A DNA stretch of 64,000 bases from an uncultured Clostridia bacterium (GCA_947591055.1 CANQCW010000002.1:96-64095), one strand, 5' to 3'. Counted from the first letter of the stretch, positions 38,932 to 49,056 are shown. The notes: generated from the letters alone by a model not told the origin. Numbers and translations are program-made.

Positions 38932-40002
38932 ATGTCAAAAGTAAGTGTAGTAGTACCAGTATATAATGTTGAAAAATATATACATAAATGTTTAGATTCA
39001 TTAGTAAATCAAACATTACAAGATATTGAAATAATATTAATTGATGATGAATCACCAGATAATTGTGGAAAAATATGTGATGAATATGCTAAAAATGATA
39101 AAAGAATAAAAGTAATACATAAAAAAAATGGAGGAGTTTCAGCAGCTAGAAATGATGGAATAAAACATGCCACTAGTGATTGGATAATGTTTGTTGATTC
39201 AGATGACTGGTGTGAAGAAACTATGTGTGAAATTGCATATGAAAATGCAATTAAAAATAATGTAGATGTTGCTATATTTAATAATTATAGAAACTATGAA
39301 GATTATGAAAAAAAAGAAAAGATTGGACTTAAAGAAACAATTTTTGATGAATATAATGAAATAGAAAAATTACAAATGTCAATGTTATATGATTTTTTCA
39401 TAAAAAAAGTTGATAGTGAAGTGAAACAATATACTGATATAGGGGGACCTTGGAGTAAGATTTTTAAAAAAGAATTAATAGAAAAAAATAATATTGAATT
39501 TAATTTAAAAGTTAAAGGTGTATTTGATGATGCTTTGTTTTGCATAGAAACTATGGAATATGCAAAAAAAGTATTATTTAAAGATGAACTTTTATATCAT
39601 TATAGAATTTTAAATGATTCAATAACAAATAAATTTAAATCAGATAGAATACAAATATACGATACAATATATAAAGAAATAGAACTTTTTATGAATAAAG
39701 CACACAAGAAAGATAATTTCAAAGAAGCATATTATTCAAGAATAATTGTAAATTTATGTAAGTTGCTAAAAATATACTTTTTTCATCCTGCAAATAGTGA
39801 TAAACTATGGAAAAGATTGAAAGAATTGAAAAAAACATTAAATAGTAAACCTTATAATGAAGCTATAAAAAATATAAAATATAGTAGTTTAAGAAAAAGT
39901 TTACAAGTATATTTATGGATATTTAAAACGAAAAGTCCAATTTTAGTTTGGTTATTTTATAAATTAAATGTAATACGAAGGAAAATATTGAGAAAGAACT
40001 AA
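38932..40002 (+). CDS. GT2-family glycosyltransferase
   Basis: VSVVVPVYNVEKYIHKCLDSLVNQTLQDIEIILIDDESPDNCG...VDSDDW. Confidence 0.85.
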   Translation: MSKVSVVVPVYNVEKYIHKCLDSLVNQTLQDIEIILIDDESPDNCGKICDEYAKNDKRIKVIHKKNGGVSAARNDGIKHATSDWIMFVDSDDWCEETMCEIAYENAIKNNVDVAIFNNYRNYEDYEKKEKIGLKETIFDEYNEIEKLQMSMLYDFFIKKVDSEVKQYTDIGGPWSKIFKKELIEKNNIEFNLKVKGVFDDALFCIETMEYAKKVLFKDELLYHYRILNDSITNKFKSDRIQIYDTIYKEIELFMNKAHKKDNFKEAYYSRIIVNLCKLLKIYFFHPANSDKLWKRLKELKKTLNSKPYNEAIKNIKYSSLRKSLQVYLWIFKTKSPILVWLFYKLNVIRRKILRKN

Positions 40003-40030
40003 TACAAAAAACAATAGAAAGGAAATTTTG

Positions 40031-41482
40031 ATGAAAAAATCAATAGCTAAAAACTATATTTATAATTTAATTTATCAAATATTGACTCTAGTATTGCCTT
40101 TAATAACTACACCTTATTTATCAAGAGTTTTAGGCGCAGAAAATATAGGAATATATAGCTATACAATATCTATTACTACTTATTTCATATTGTTTGGTTC
40201 TTTAGGTATAGCTCAATATGGACAAAGAGAAGTAGCATATTTACAAGAAAAAAAAGACAAATATAGTGTTTTATTTTGGGAAATAGTCATACTGAGATTT
40301 ATCACTATGACTATTTCTATGACTATATTTTACTTTACTTTTGCTATAAATAATCAATACCATGTATATTATACTATTTTATTACTTGAATTATTTGGAA
40401 ATTGTTTAGACATAAGTTGGTTTTTCCAAGGCTTAGAAGAATTTAAAAAAACAGTAACTAGAAATATAATGGTAAAGATAATTAGTATTATAAGTATTTT
40501 CTTATTTGTTAAAACATCAAAAGACTTATATATATATATTTGGATATATGTATTAACAACATTAATAGGAAATCTTTCATTATGGGCATATTTGCCAAAA
40601 TTCTTAACCAAGATAACAAAAAAACAAATAAATTTAAAACAACATATAAAACCAACAATTGAATTGTTTATTCCACAAATAGCTATTCAAGTTTATACAC
40701 TTTTAGATAAAACAATGTTAGGAAAAATATTAGGAGATATGTCTGAGGTAGGAAATTATGAACAATCACAAAAGATAATAAAACTTTCTTTAACATTAGT
40801 AACAGCTTTAGGTATAGTAGTATCGCCGAGAATAGCTAATACAATGGCAAAAGGAAAAAAAGAAGATGTAAAGAATTATTTGGCAAACTCATTTAATTTT
40901 GTATGGTTCTTAGGTATGCCTATAATGGTAGGAATAATAGTAGTAGCCCAAAAGGCTGTTCCATGGTTTTTAGGAGAAGATTTTATTAATTCAATTAATC
41001 TATTAATAATTGGATCACCTATTATTATGGCTATAGGATTAAATAATGTATCAGGATTACAATATCTAATTCCAGCTAGAAAACAAAAAATCTTTTCAAA
41101 ATCAGTTATTATAGGAGCAATTTTTAATTTTTGCTTTAACTTAATTTTAATACCGAAATTTAAAGCTATTGGAGCAATTATATCTTCAGTAATGGCAGAA
41201 ATAGTTGTTTTCTTTGTTCAATTATTATACATAAGAAAAGAAGTACCATTAAAAATTGTATATGAAAATAGTTTTAAATACATAATTAGCAGTATAATTA
41301 TGGGAATAATTATATACTTTACAACAATGAATATGAGTGCAAGTATGACTACAACAATAATACAAGTGATAATTGGAATTTTAGTATATGGAATAATGCT
41401 AATTATTTTAAAAGATAAATTTTTATATCAAATTATTGATAAGATAAAAAATAAGATTAATGAAGGCAAAAAAAATATATAA
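40031..41482 (+). CDS. Wzx-type oligosaccharide flippase (MOP superfamily)
   Basis: ~12-14 TM helices. N-terminus KNYIYNLIYQILTLVLPLITTPYLSRVLGAENIG is typical of polysaccharide biosynthesis protein family flippases. Confidence 0.8.
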   Translation: MKKSIAKNYIYNLIYQILTLVLPLITTPYLSRVLGAENIGIYSYTISITTYFILFGSLGIAQYGQREVAYLQEKKDKYSVLFWEIVILRFITMTISMTIFYFTFAINNQYHVYYTILLLELFGNCLDISWFFQGLEEFKKTVTRNIMVKIISIISIFLFVKTSKDLYIYIWIYVLTTLIGNLSLWAYLPKFLTKITKKQINLKQHIKPTIELFIPQIAIQVYTLLDKTMLGKILGDMSEVGNYEQSQKIIKLSLTLVTALGIVVSPRIANTMAKGKKEDVKNYLANSFNFVWFLGMPIMVGIIVVAQKAVPWFLGEDFINSINLLIIGSPIIMAIGLNNVSGLQYLIPARKQKIFSKSVIIGAIFNFCFNLILIPKFKAIGAIISSVMAEIVVFFVQLLYIRKEVPLKIVYENSFKYIISSIIMGIIIYFTTMNMSASMTTTIIQVIIGILVYGIMLIILKDKFLYQIIDKIKNKINEGKKNI

Positions 41483-41497
41483 TATATAGGAGCAAAA

Positions 41498-42466
41498 ATG
41501 ACAATAAAAGATATTATAAAGAAAATCTTAAAAAAAAGTGGATTGTTTGAAAAAATTAAATATCTAAAAAAGGAAAATGAAAAAAGAAAAAAATTAACCA
41601 AAAAATATATATTTGAAAATAAAATGAAAAATCAAGATAAATTATGCATAATACTTGCAGGATATAAAGATTATTTGTGGGATATAGTTTTTAAAAGAAT
41701 AAAAACTTTTATTCCAGAAGATATTGATGTATGTATATTGTCTAGCGGAAAATATATAGAAGAACTTTCAAATATTGCTAAAGAAAATAATTGGTCTTAC
41801 TTAAGTACGAAAAGAAACAATGTTTCATTAATACAAAATGTAGCGATAAAACAATTTAAAAATGCAAAATACATATATAAAATAGATGAAGACATGTTTA
41901 TAACAAAAAATTTCTTCCAAACATTAATGAAAACTTATAATGACTGTACAAAAAATGGAGAATATAGAGTTGGATTTGTAGCACCAACTATACCAATAAA
42001 CGGATTTGGAAATTTATTGGTTCTAAAAAGATTTAATTTAGTAGAAAAATATGAAGAATTATTTGAAAAACCAATTTATTCTACTGGAAGAGATTTAATG
42101 ATAGAAACTAATATAAAAACAAATGAATTTATGTGGGGAAGTGGAAATTTTTTACCTAATATAGATGAGATGAATGCCATAGTACAAGATGATAAATTTG
42201 AATATGTAACCTGCCCTATAAGATTTAGTATAGGAGCTATTTTATTTACAAGAAAACTGTGGGAAGATATGGAAATGTTTGATGTACCTTCAGGACCAGG
42301 TATGGGGAATGATGAGGAAAAATTATGCACATATTGTATGTGCAATTCTAAAGCAATTATTGTATCAAAAAATACAATAGTAGGACATTTAGCTTTTAAA
42401 ATGCTAAATGAAAAGATGAAAGATTATTTCAATAAAAATAAGAACATTTTTGAAATACATAATTAA
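41498..42466 (+). CDS. hypothetical protein, possible GT-A-like transferase
   Basis: Soluble, 322 aa, with a candidate DxD (YKIDEDMF). No family recognised by eye. Confidence 0.3.
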   Translation: MTIKDIIKKILKKSGLFEKIKYLKKENEKRKKLTKKYIFENKMKNQDKLCIILAGYKDYLWDIVFKRIKTFIPEDIDVCILSSGKYIEELSNIAKENNWSYLSTKRNNVSLIQNVAIKQFKNAKYIYKIDEDMFITKNFFQTLMKTYNDCTKNGEYRVGFVAPTIPINGFGNLLVLKRFNLVEKYEELFEKPIYSTGRDLMIETNIKTNEFMWGSGNFLPNIDEMNAIVQDDKFEYVTCPIRFSIGAILFTRKLWEDMEMFDVPSGPGMGNDEEKLCTYCMCNSKAIIVSKNTIVGHLAFKMLNEKMKDYFNKNKNIFEIHN

Positions 42467-42491
42467 AAAATATATAGTAGAGGGATAATAA

Positions 42492-44495
42492 ATGAAAATA
42501 AAAAACATTATAAAAAAATGTCTAGGCAAAAGAGTACAAATAAAATTAAACTATTATAGAAAACTATATAGAAATGATAGTAGAAAATCTTTAAAAAAAT
42601 TTTTAAAAATAAAATTATACAAATCAAAAAATATAGCCAAGTCAATAAAAAAATTATTATCAAATGTGCAACTTAGTGATTTAGAACCAAACAATAAATT
42701 TTATTATAGTATAGATATTTTTAAAATAATAGACACAAATATTGAAAATTTATCAATAGACTATAATAGAATTTTAAATTATTCACTAAAAGATTATAAA
42801 GAAAAACTAAAAGCCAATATTATAGACGAAAAATTTTATAAAGATGAAATAAATACGATTGAAAGTATTGAATTTCTAATAGATAGAACAGTAAAAAAAT
42901 TACAAGATGATAAGTGCGATGAAAACATAATTAATAATATAAAGAATATTAAAGATAAAAAGGCAAATAGTTTATATGAAGCTTTACAAAGAATATTATT
43001 TTTTAATCAATTGTTATGGCAAACAAGTCATAAATTAAACGGATTAGGAAGATTAGACATAATCCTTTATCCATATTATAAAAAAGATATAGAAAATGAA
43101 ATTATAAATGAAGAAGAAGCAAAAAATTTAATAAAAGAATTTCTAACTACTCTACATAAATATTATGAAAGAAAAAGCAATGTGCTATTAGGAGATACAG
43201 GTCAGATTATTGAATTAGGTGGAAAAGACAAAAACGGAAAATATCAATATAATGAATTAACATATATTTTCATAGAATTAACAAAAGAACTACAATTACC
43301 AGATCCTAAAATATTACTAAGAGTATCTTCTGAAACTCCAAGAGATTTAATTGAAACATCTTTGAAATGTATACAAACAGGAATTGGGTGTCCTCTTTTT
43401 GCTAATGATGATGTTGTTATAGATAAGTTAATTAATTTTGGATATGAAAAAGAAGACGCATATGAATATGGAACATCAGCATGTTGGGAGCCATTTATAA
43501 TTGGAAAGTCATTAGATCAAAATAATTTAAAAAGTATAAATTTTTTACAACCATTTGAAAACTTGTTAGAAGTAGAAAATGTAGAAGATATAAAATCAAC
43601 TCAGCAATTAGTAAGTTTATATAAGAAATATTTAGAAGAATATCTAGATAATTTTATAAAAGAGATAGAAAATAAAAAATTCAATGATGATCCAATATTA
43701 TCATTATTTACAGATGATTGTATAGAAAAAAATTTAGATATATCAAAAGGTGGAGCAAAATATAATCATTATGGCTTTACTGGAGTAGGATTATCTAATT
43801 TAATAAATTCTATAAAAAATGTAGAAATAATTATATTTAAAAATAAAGAAATGTCATTTTCAAATTTAAATGATGCTAGAAAAAATAACTATGAAAATAA
43901 TGAAGAATTAATAAACAAGTTAAAGAATCAAAAAATTAAATATGGAACAGATTATGAAGAAATAATCAATATTACAAATGATATAATAAAATACACAACT
44001 CAAGTAATTAATAAATATAAAAATCCATTAGGCGGAAAATATAAATTTGGATTAAGTGCTCCAAGTTATATTGACTGTTCTAAAAATTTTCCAGCATCTT
44101 TTGATGGAAGAAAAAATGGAGAACCATTTGGTGTACATATATCAAGTAGTATAGAAAACGGATATACAGAACTAATTCAATTTGCATCTAAATTAGATTA
44201 TAATGAGAATAGATTTAATGGTAATGTTGTTGATTTTATTGTATCACCTAGTTTTATAGAAAATAACTTTGATAAATTTGTAGATTTTATAAAATTAAGC
44301 ATACAAAATGGATTCTTTGAAATGCAAATGAATGTAGTAAGTAGTACTACACTTATAGAAGCTAGAAATAATCCTGAAAAATTTCCAAATCTTATAGTTA
44401 GAGTATGGGGCTTTAGTGCATATTTTAATGATTTGCCTGATCAATACAAAGATTATTTAATAGAAAGGGCATTAAAAAGTGAAAATAATAGTTAG
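42492..44495 (+). CDS. short glycyl-radical enzyme (PFL-like fold), unknown substrate
   Basis: GLGRLDIILYPYY, Cys loop YGTSAC(331)WEP, and C-terminal glycyl-radical motif LIVRVWG(640)FSAYFNDL 27 aa from the end. Confidence 0.8.
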   Translation: MKIKNIIKKCLGKRVQIKLNYYRKLYRNDSRKSLKKFLKIKLYKSKNIAKSIKKLLSNVQLSDLEPNNKFYYSIDIFKIIDTNIENLSIDYNRILNYSLKDYKEKLKANIIDEKFYKDEINTIESIEFLIDRTVKKLQDDKCDENIINNIKNIKDKKANSLYEALQRILFFNQLLWQTSHKLNGLGRLDIILYPYYKKDIENEIINEEEAKNLIKEFLTTLHKYYERKSNVLLGDTGQIIELGGKDKNGKYQYNELTYIFIELTKELQLPDPKILLRVSSETPRDLIETSLKCIQTGIGCPLFANDDVVIDKLINFGYEKEDAYEYGTSACWEPFIIGKSLDQNNLKSINFLQPFENLLEVENVEDIKSTQQLVSLYKKYLEEYLDNFIKEIENKKFNDDPILSLFTDDCIEKNLDISKGGAKYNHYGFTGVGLSNLINSIKNVEIIIFKNKEMSFSNLNDARKNNYENNEELINKLKNQKIKYGTDYEEIINITNDIIKYTTQVINKYKNPLGGKYKFGLSAPSYIDCSKNFPASFDGRKNGEPFGVHISSSIENGYTELIQFASKLDYNENRFNGNVVDFIVSPSFIENNFDKFVDFIKLSIQNGFFEMQMNVVSSTTLIEARNNPEKFPNLIVRVWGFSAYFNDLPDQYKDYLIERALKSENNS

Positions 44496-45237
44496 TAATA
44501 TACAAAGATTCTGTCTTCAAGATGGACCAGGAATTAGGACTATAGTATTTTTTAAAGGTTGCAATCTTAACTGTCCATGGTGCTCAAATCCTGAAAACAT
44601 AAATCCAAATATGGAAAGCTACAGAGAAAATAATGAAATTAATACCTATGGTTATGAAATTAGTTTAGAAGATTTAGAAAAAGAAATACTAAAAGACCAG
44701 TTGTATTATAAAAGCGGAGGAGGAGTAACATTTTCTGGAGGAGAGTGTTTATTACAATTTGAAAAGATTGAAGAACTATTAAAAAGACTTAAAGAAAATA
44801 GAATAAATATATGCATAGAAACAGCTTTATCAGTGCCACAGAAATATGTAGATATAGCAGTTAAATATGTAGATGAATTTATAATTGATATTAAAATATT
44901 AGATGAAGATAATATAAACAAAATCAATGGAAATGTACAATTATATTTGAATAATATTCAAGAAGTTTTTAAAAACAATAAAAAAGTTATATTTAGAATT
45001 CCATTGGTTCCAAACTATATATTAACTGATAAAAATATGAAAAAGATAATAGAATTTATAGAACAATATAAACCTTCAAAGGTAGAGTTATTTAAGATAC
45101 ATAGATTAGGAGAGAAAAAATATAAAACTTTAGGAAAAATAATGCCAGAATTTGAAGAAGTTAACGATTATATAATAAATGAAATCGAAGAAAAAATAAA
45201 AAGCATAGATGTAGATGTAGAATATATTAAAATATAA
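44479..45237 (+). CDS. glycyl-radical enzyme activating protein (radical SAM, PflA-like)
   Basis: QDGPGIRTIVFFKGCNLNCPWCSNPE (CX3CX2C) and GGVTFSGGECLL. 252 aa with no ferredoxin-like insert. A GTG start overlaps the GRE gene by 17 nt. Confidence 0.85.
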   Translation: MKIIVSNIQRFCLQDGPGIRTIVFFKGCNLNCPWCSNPENINPNMESYRENNEINTYGYEISLEDLEKEILKDQLYYKSGGGVTFSGGECLLQFEKIEELLKRLKENRINICIETALSVPQKYVDIAVKYVDEFIIDIKILDEDNINKINGNVQLYLNNIQEVFKNNKKVIFRIPLVPNYILTDKNMKKIIEFIEQYKPSKVELFKIHRLGEKKYKTLGKIMPEFEEVNDYIINEIEEKIKSIDVDVEYIKI

Positions 45238-45249
45238 ATGGAGACAAAA

Positions 45250-46389
45250 ATGAAAAAATATGATTATTTAGTAGTAGGCTCAGGTTTATTTGGAGCAATA
45301 TTTGCATATGAAGCAAATAAGAAACAAAAGAAATGTCTAGTAATAGATAAAAGATCTCATATTGCTGGAAATATATATACAGAAAATATAGATGGAATAA
45401 ATGTACATAGATACGGAGCACATATATTTCATACAAGTAATAAAGATGTATGGAATTATATAAATCAATTTGCAGAATTTAATAGATACACAAACTCTCC
45501 AGTTGCAAGGTATAAAGATGAAGTGTATAATATGCCATTTAATATGAATACATTTAATAAAATGTGGGGAGTATTTACGCCTAACGAGGCAAAACAAAAA
45601 ATTGAGCAAGAAAAGGAAGAAGCTAAAATACTAGAGCCTAAAAACTTAGAAGAACAAGCAATTAGTTTAGTTGGAAAAACAATCTATGAAAAACTAGTAA
45701 AAGGTTATACAGAAAAGCAATGGGGAAAAAGAGCAACAGAACTTCCAGCATTTATAATAAAAAGATTGCCTGTTAGATTTATATATGATAATAATTATTT
45801 TAATGATTTATATCAAGGAATACCAGTAGGTGGTTATACACAAATTATTGAAAAAATGTTGAAAGGCATTGATGTAAAACTTAATTGCAACTATTTTGAT
45901 AATAAAGAAGAATTAGACAACATAGCAGAAAAAATAGTATTTACTGGACCAATTGATAAGTTCTATGATTATAAATTTGGAGAACTTGAGTATAGAAGCT
46001 TAAGATTTGAAACAGAAAAATTAAATATAGAAAATTATCAAGGAAATGCAGTTGTAAATTACACAGAATATGAAGTTCCTTATACTAGAATTATAGAACA
46101 TAAACATTTTGAATATGGCAAGAGTTTAGGAAATATAGCACAAGGACAAGCAAAAGAAGAAACAATTATAACAAGAGAATATCCTGATAAATGGAATAAA
46201 GAAAAAGAGCCATATTATCCAATAAATGATGAAAAAAATAATGAATTATATGAAAAATATAAAAAATTATCTGAAAATGATAAAAATGTTATTTTTGGTG
46301 GAAGATTAGGACAATACAAATATTATGACATGGATAAAGTAATTGAAGCAGCACTGCAAACAGCAAAAGAGGAAAAATTAATAGATTAA
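45250..46389 (+). CDS. glf: UDP-galactopyranose mutase
   Basis: MKKYDYLVVGSGLFGAIFA (FAD fold), GNIYTE...HRYGAHIFHT, YEYRSLRFE, YYPIND, GRLGQYKYYDMD. An upstream in-frame ATG at 45238 is also possible. Confidence 0.92.
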   Translation: MKKYDYLVVGSGLFGAIFAYEANKKQKKCLVIDKRSHIAGNIYTENIDGINVHRYGAHIFHTSNKDVWNYINQFAEFNRYTNSPVARYKDEVYNMPFNMNTFNKMWGVFTPNEAKQKIEQEKEEAKILEPKNLEEQAISLVGKTIYEKLVKGYTEKQWGKRATELPAFIIKRLPVRFIYDNNYFNDLYQGIPVGGYTQIIEKMLKGIDVKLNCNYFDNKEELDNIAEKIVFTGPIDKFYDYKFGELEYRSLRFETEKLNIENYQGNAVVNYTEYEVPYTRIIEHKHFEYGKSLGNIAQGQAKEETIITREYPDKWNKEKEPYYPINDEKNNELYEKYKKLSENDKNVIFGGRLGQYKYYDMDKVIEAALQTAKEEKLID

Positions 46390-46462
46390 AAAGTATGTAA
46401 AGTAGTAGTCTAAAAAATAGATTATGAAATAACATATAAAAAACAGAGAAAGGAGAAATAAT

Positions 46463-46600
46463 ATGAAATACGTTTGCACAATTTGCGGTCATATATATGA
46501 TGACTCAGTAGAAGATGTAAAATTTGAAGACTTACCAGATACATGGGTATGCCCAGTATGTGGAGTTGGAAAAGATATGTTCCAAGCAGTTCAAGAATAA
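46463..46600 (+). CDS. rubredoxin (45 aa; below the ORF-track cut-off)
   Basis: [45 protein letters not shown] has two CxxCG knuckles. RBS AGGAGA is upstream. Confidence 0.85.
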   Translation: MKYVCTICGHIYDDSVEDVKFEDLPDTWVCPVCGVGKDMFQAVQE

Positions 46601-46776
46601 TTATGATTTATTTTAAAATATTATAAAAATGAAAATACAATATTTTTGTTTATTTCTAATACTTTTAAATTGTAATTTTGAAAAATGCTTGATTTTTAAT
46701 AAAAAATATGTTACACTAATCATTGTTACTGCAAAGTAAAATAATTATAATGAATATCAAAGTAGGAGAGTAAAAA

Positions 46777-47028
46777 ATGACAGTATTAAAGTATATATTA
46801 TTGGCAATATACATAGTAATATGCATAGCATTAATTTTAATTACAACAATGCAATCTAAGGATAGTAGTAATTCAGCAGAAGACACTTATGAGAACCCAA
46901 GTTCTAATAAGTATTATCAAAAAAATAAAGGAAGAACAAAAACTGGTAAAACACAAAGAAATACTATAGTATTAGGAATAGTATTTGCAATTTTAAGTGT
47001 TATTACATCAATTGTATTTGTTTTATAG
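46777..47028 (+). CDS. secG: preprotein translocase subunit SecG (probable)
   Basis: 83 aa with two TM helices. Position directly upstream of rnr is conserved in Firmicutes. RBS GGAGAG is present. Confidence 0.55.
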   Translation: MTVLKYILLAIYIVICIALILITTMQSKDSSNSAEDTYENPSSNKYYQKNKGRTKTGKTQRNTIVLGIVFAILSVITSIVFVL

Positions 47029-47070
47029 TAAAATGCCTATATTTTAATACTACTATATAGGTTATGATAG

Positions 47071-47101
47071 AAACGTGCATATTAAAAAGCACGTTTTTTT
47101 A
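47071..47101 (+). terminator. rho-independent terminator
   Basis: AAACGTGC-10 nt-GCACGTTT followed by a T-run. Confidence 0.75.
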
Positions 47102-47130
47102 TACATTTAATAAAATTTAGTGAGGTTAAA

Positions 47131-49056
47131 ATGGAAACTTTACAAGGAACATATATGTCAAACCAAAGAGGTTTTGGATTTGTAAAAATAGAGGGACAAA
47201 GTTCAGATATTTTCATAGCAAAAGAAAACAGTAATACAGCAATGGATGGAGATGTAGTAAATATAATTTTGCTTGACCAAACTCATGGTACACATATAGA
47301 AGGAAAAGTAATAAAAATAATAAAGAGAAAGATTAGCCAAGTTGTAGGTACTTTTAAAAAGAGTAGAAATTTTGGCTTTATTATTCCTGACAAAAATGAG
47401 AAAATAGAAGATATATTTATATCAAAATCTAAATGGGGTAAGGCAAAGAATAATCAAAAAGTAGTAGTAGAGATTACTAAATATCCAGAAAAGGGCAAAA
47501 AAGCAGAAGGAAAAATTATAGAGATATTAGGCTACAGTGATGAAGCAGGAGTAGATATGCTCTCTATAATAAAAAGCTTTAATTTACCTTATGAGTTTCC
47601 AGATGAAGTTTTAAAAGAAGCAAAAAAGGTTTCAAAAGAAAAAATTACTCCAGAAGGAAGGCTAGATTTAAGAAATGTAGAAATGTTTACAATAGATGGA
47701 GAAGATGCAAAAGACTTAGATGATGCAGTAAATGTTGTGAAAAATGAAGATGAAACATATACTTTAGGTGTTCATATTGCAGATGTAAGCCACTATGTAA
47801 AAGAAGGAAGTCTTTTAGATAAAGAAACAATTTTAAGAGGAACAAGTGTATACATGCTAGATAGAGTTGTGCCAATGCTTCCAGTAGAACTATCAAATGG
47901 TGCTTGTAGCTTAAATCAAAAAGAAGACAGATATGCAATATCATGTATAATGCAAATAGATAAAAATGGAAAAGTAATAAGCTCAGATATAAAAAAGTCA
48001 ATTATTAAAGTTACTAAGAGGATGAACTATCATGATGTTTTTGACATTATAGAAGGAAAAAATGAAAAAGTTTTAAAAGAAAATGAACAATACATTTCAC
48101 ACTTTAATAATATGAAGGAACTAGCATTAATATTAAAACAAAGAAGAGAAAAAGAAGGATATTTGTCTTTAGATATACCAGAAAGTAAGATAACGCTTGA
48201 TGAATATGGCTATCCAATAGATATAAAGCCTTATGATTTAAATTTTGCAAATGAAATAATAGAACAGTTTATGCTTACAGCAAATGAGACTGTAGCAGAA
48301 AGATTTTATTGGTTAAAAGCACCATTTATTTATAGAGTGCACGAAAAGCCAGATGAAGAAAAGATAACAGAATTAAATAAGTCTCTCTATAACTTTGGAT
48401 ATAGAATAAAAGGTAAAAAAGATGATGTAAAACCTAAAGCATTTCAAACAGTTTTAGAAGATGTAAAAGGAAAAGAAGAAGAAGGTGTTATATCAAATTT
48501 ATTACTAAGAGCATTAAAAGTTGCGAGATACGAAGCGGAAAATAAAGGACACTTTGGAATAGCAAGTAAATATTATTGCCATTTTACATCACCAATAAGA
48601 AGATATCCTGACCTTTTTATCCATAGAATTATTAGTAAATATTTAGAACTAAATTATAATGTAGAAGAAAATTTGCAAGCAAAATATAATAAACAAGCGA
48701 TAAAATATGCTGATATATCTTCAGAACGTGAACTAAATGCAACTAAAGCTGAAAGAGAAAGTGAAGATATGAAAAAGGCAGAATATATGGAAGGCAAAAT
48801 AGGAGAGGTATATGAAGGAATAATATCTAGTGTAACTAAATTTGGAATATTTGTAAAACTAGAAAACACAGTAGAAGGACTAATACGATTTGAAAATTTA
48901 GAAGACGACTACTATATATATGATGAAAATACAAAATCAATTGTAGGAAAGCACTTAAAAAAAGTGTATAAATTAGGAGATAAGATTGAAGTAGAAGTAA
49001 TAGATGCTAATAAAGAATTAAGAAGGATTGACTTTAAAATTAGTTATCATGTATAA
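47131..49056 (+). CDS. rnr: ribonuclease R
   Basis: Cold-shock-like N-terminus (GFGFVK), RNB catalytic domain (FTIDGEDAKDLDDAV; HFTSPIRRYPD), and C-terminal S1 domain (GEVYEGIISSVTKFGIFVKL). Confidence 0.9.
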   Translation: METLQGTYMSNQRGFGFVKIEGQSSDIFIAKENSNTAMDGDVVNIILLDQTHGTHIEGKVIKIIKRKISQVVGTFKKSRNFGFIIPDKNEKIEDIFISKSKWGKAKNNQKVVVEITKYPEKGKKAEGKIIEILGYSDEAGVDMLSIIKSFNLPYEFPDEVLKEAKKVSKEKITPEGRLDLRNVEMFTIDGEDAKDLDDAVNVVKNEDETYTLGVHIADVSHYVKEGSLLDKETILRGTSVYMLDRVVPMLPVELSNGACSLNQKEDRYAISCIMQIDKNGKVISSDIKKSIIKVTKRMNYHDVFDIIEGKNEKVLKENEQYISHFNNMKELALILKQRREKEGYLSLDIPESKITLDEYGYPIDIKPYDLNFANEIIEQFMLTANETVAERFYWLKAPFIYRVHEKPDEEKITELNKSLYNFGYRIKGKKDDVKPKAFQTVLEDVKGKEEEGVISNLLLRALKVARYEAENKGHFGIASKYYCHFTSPIRRYPDLFIHRIISKYLELNYNVEENLQAKYNKQAIKYADISSERELNATKAERESEDMKKAEYMEGKIGEVYEGIISSVTKFGIFVKLENTVEGLIRFENLEDDYYIYDENTKSIVGKHLKKVYKLGDKIEVEVIDANKELRRIDFKISYHV

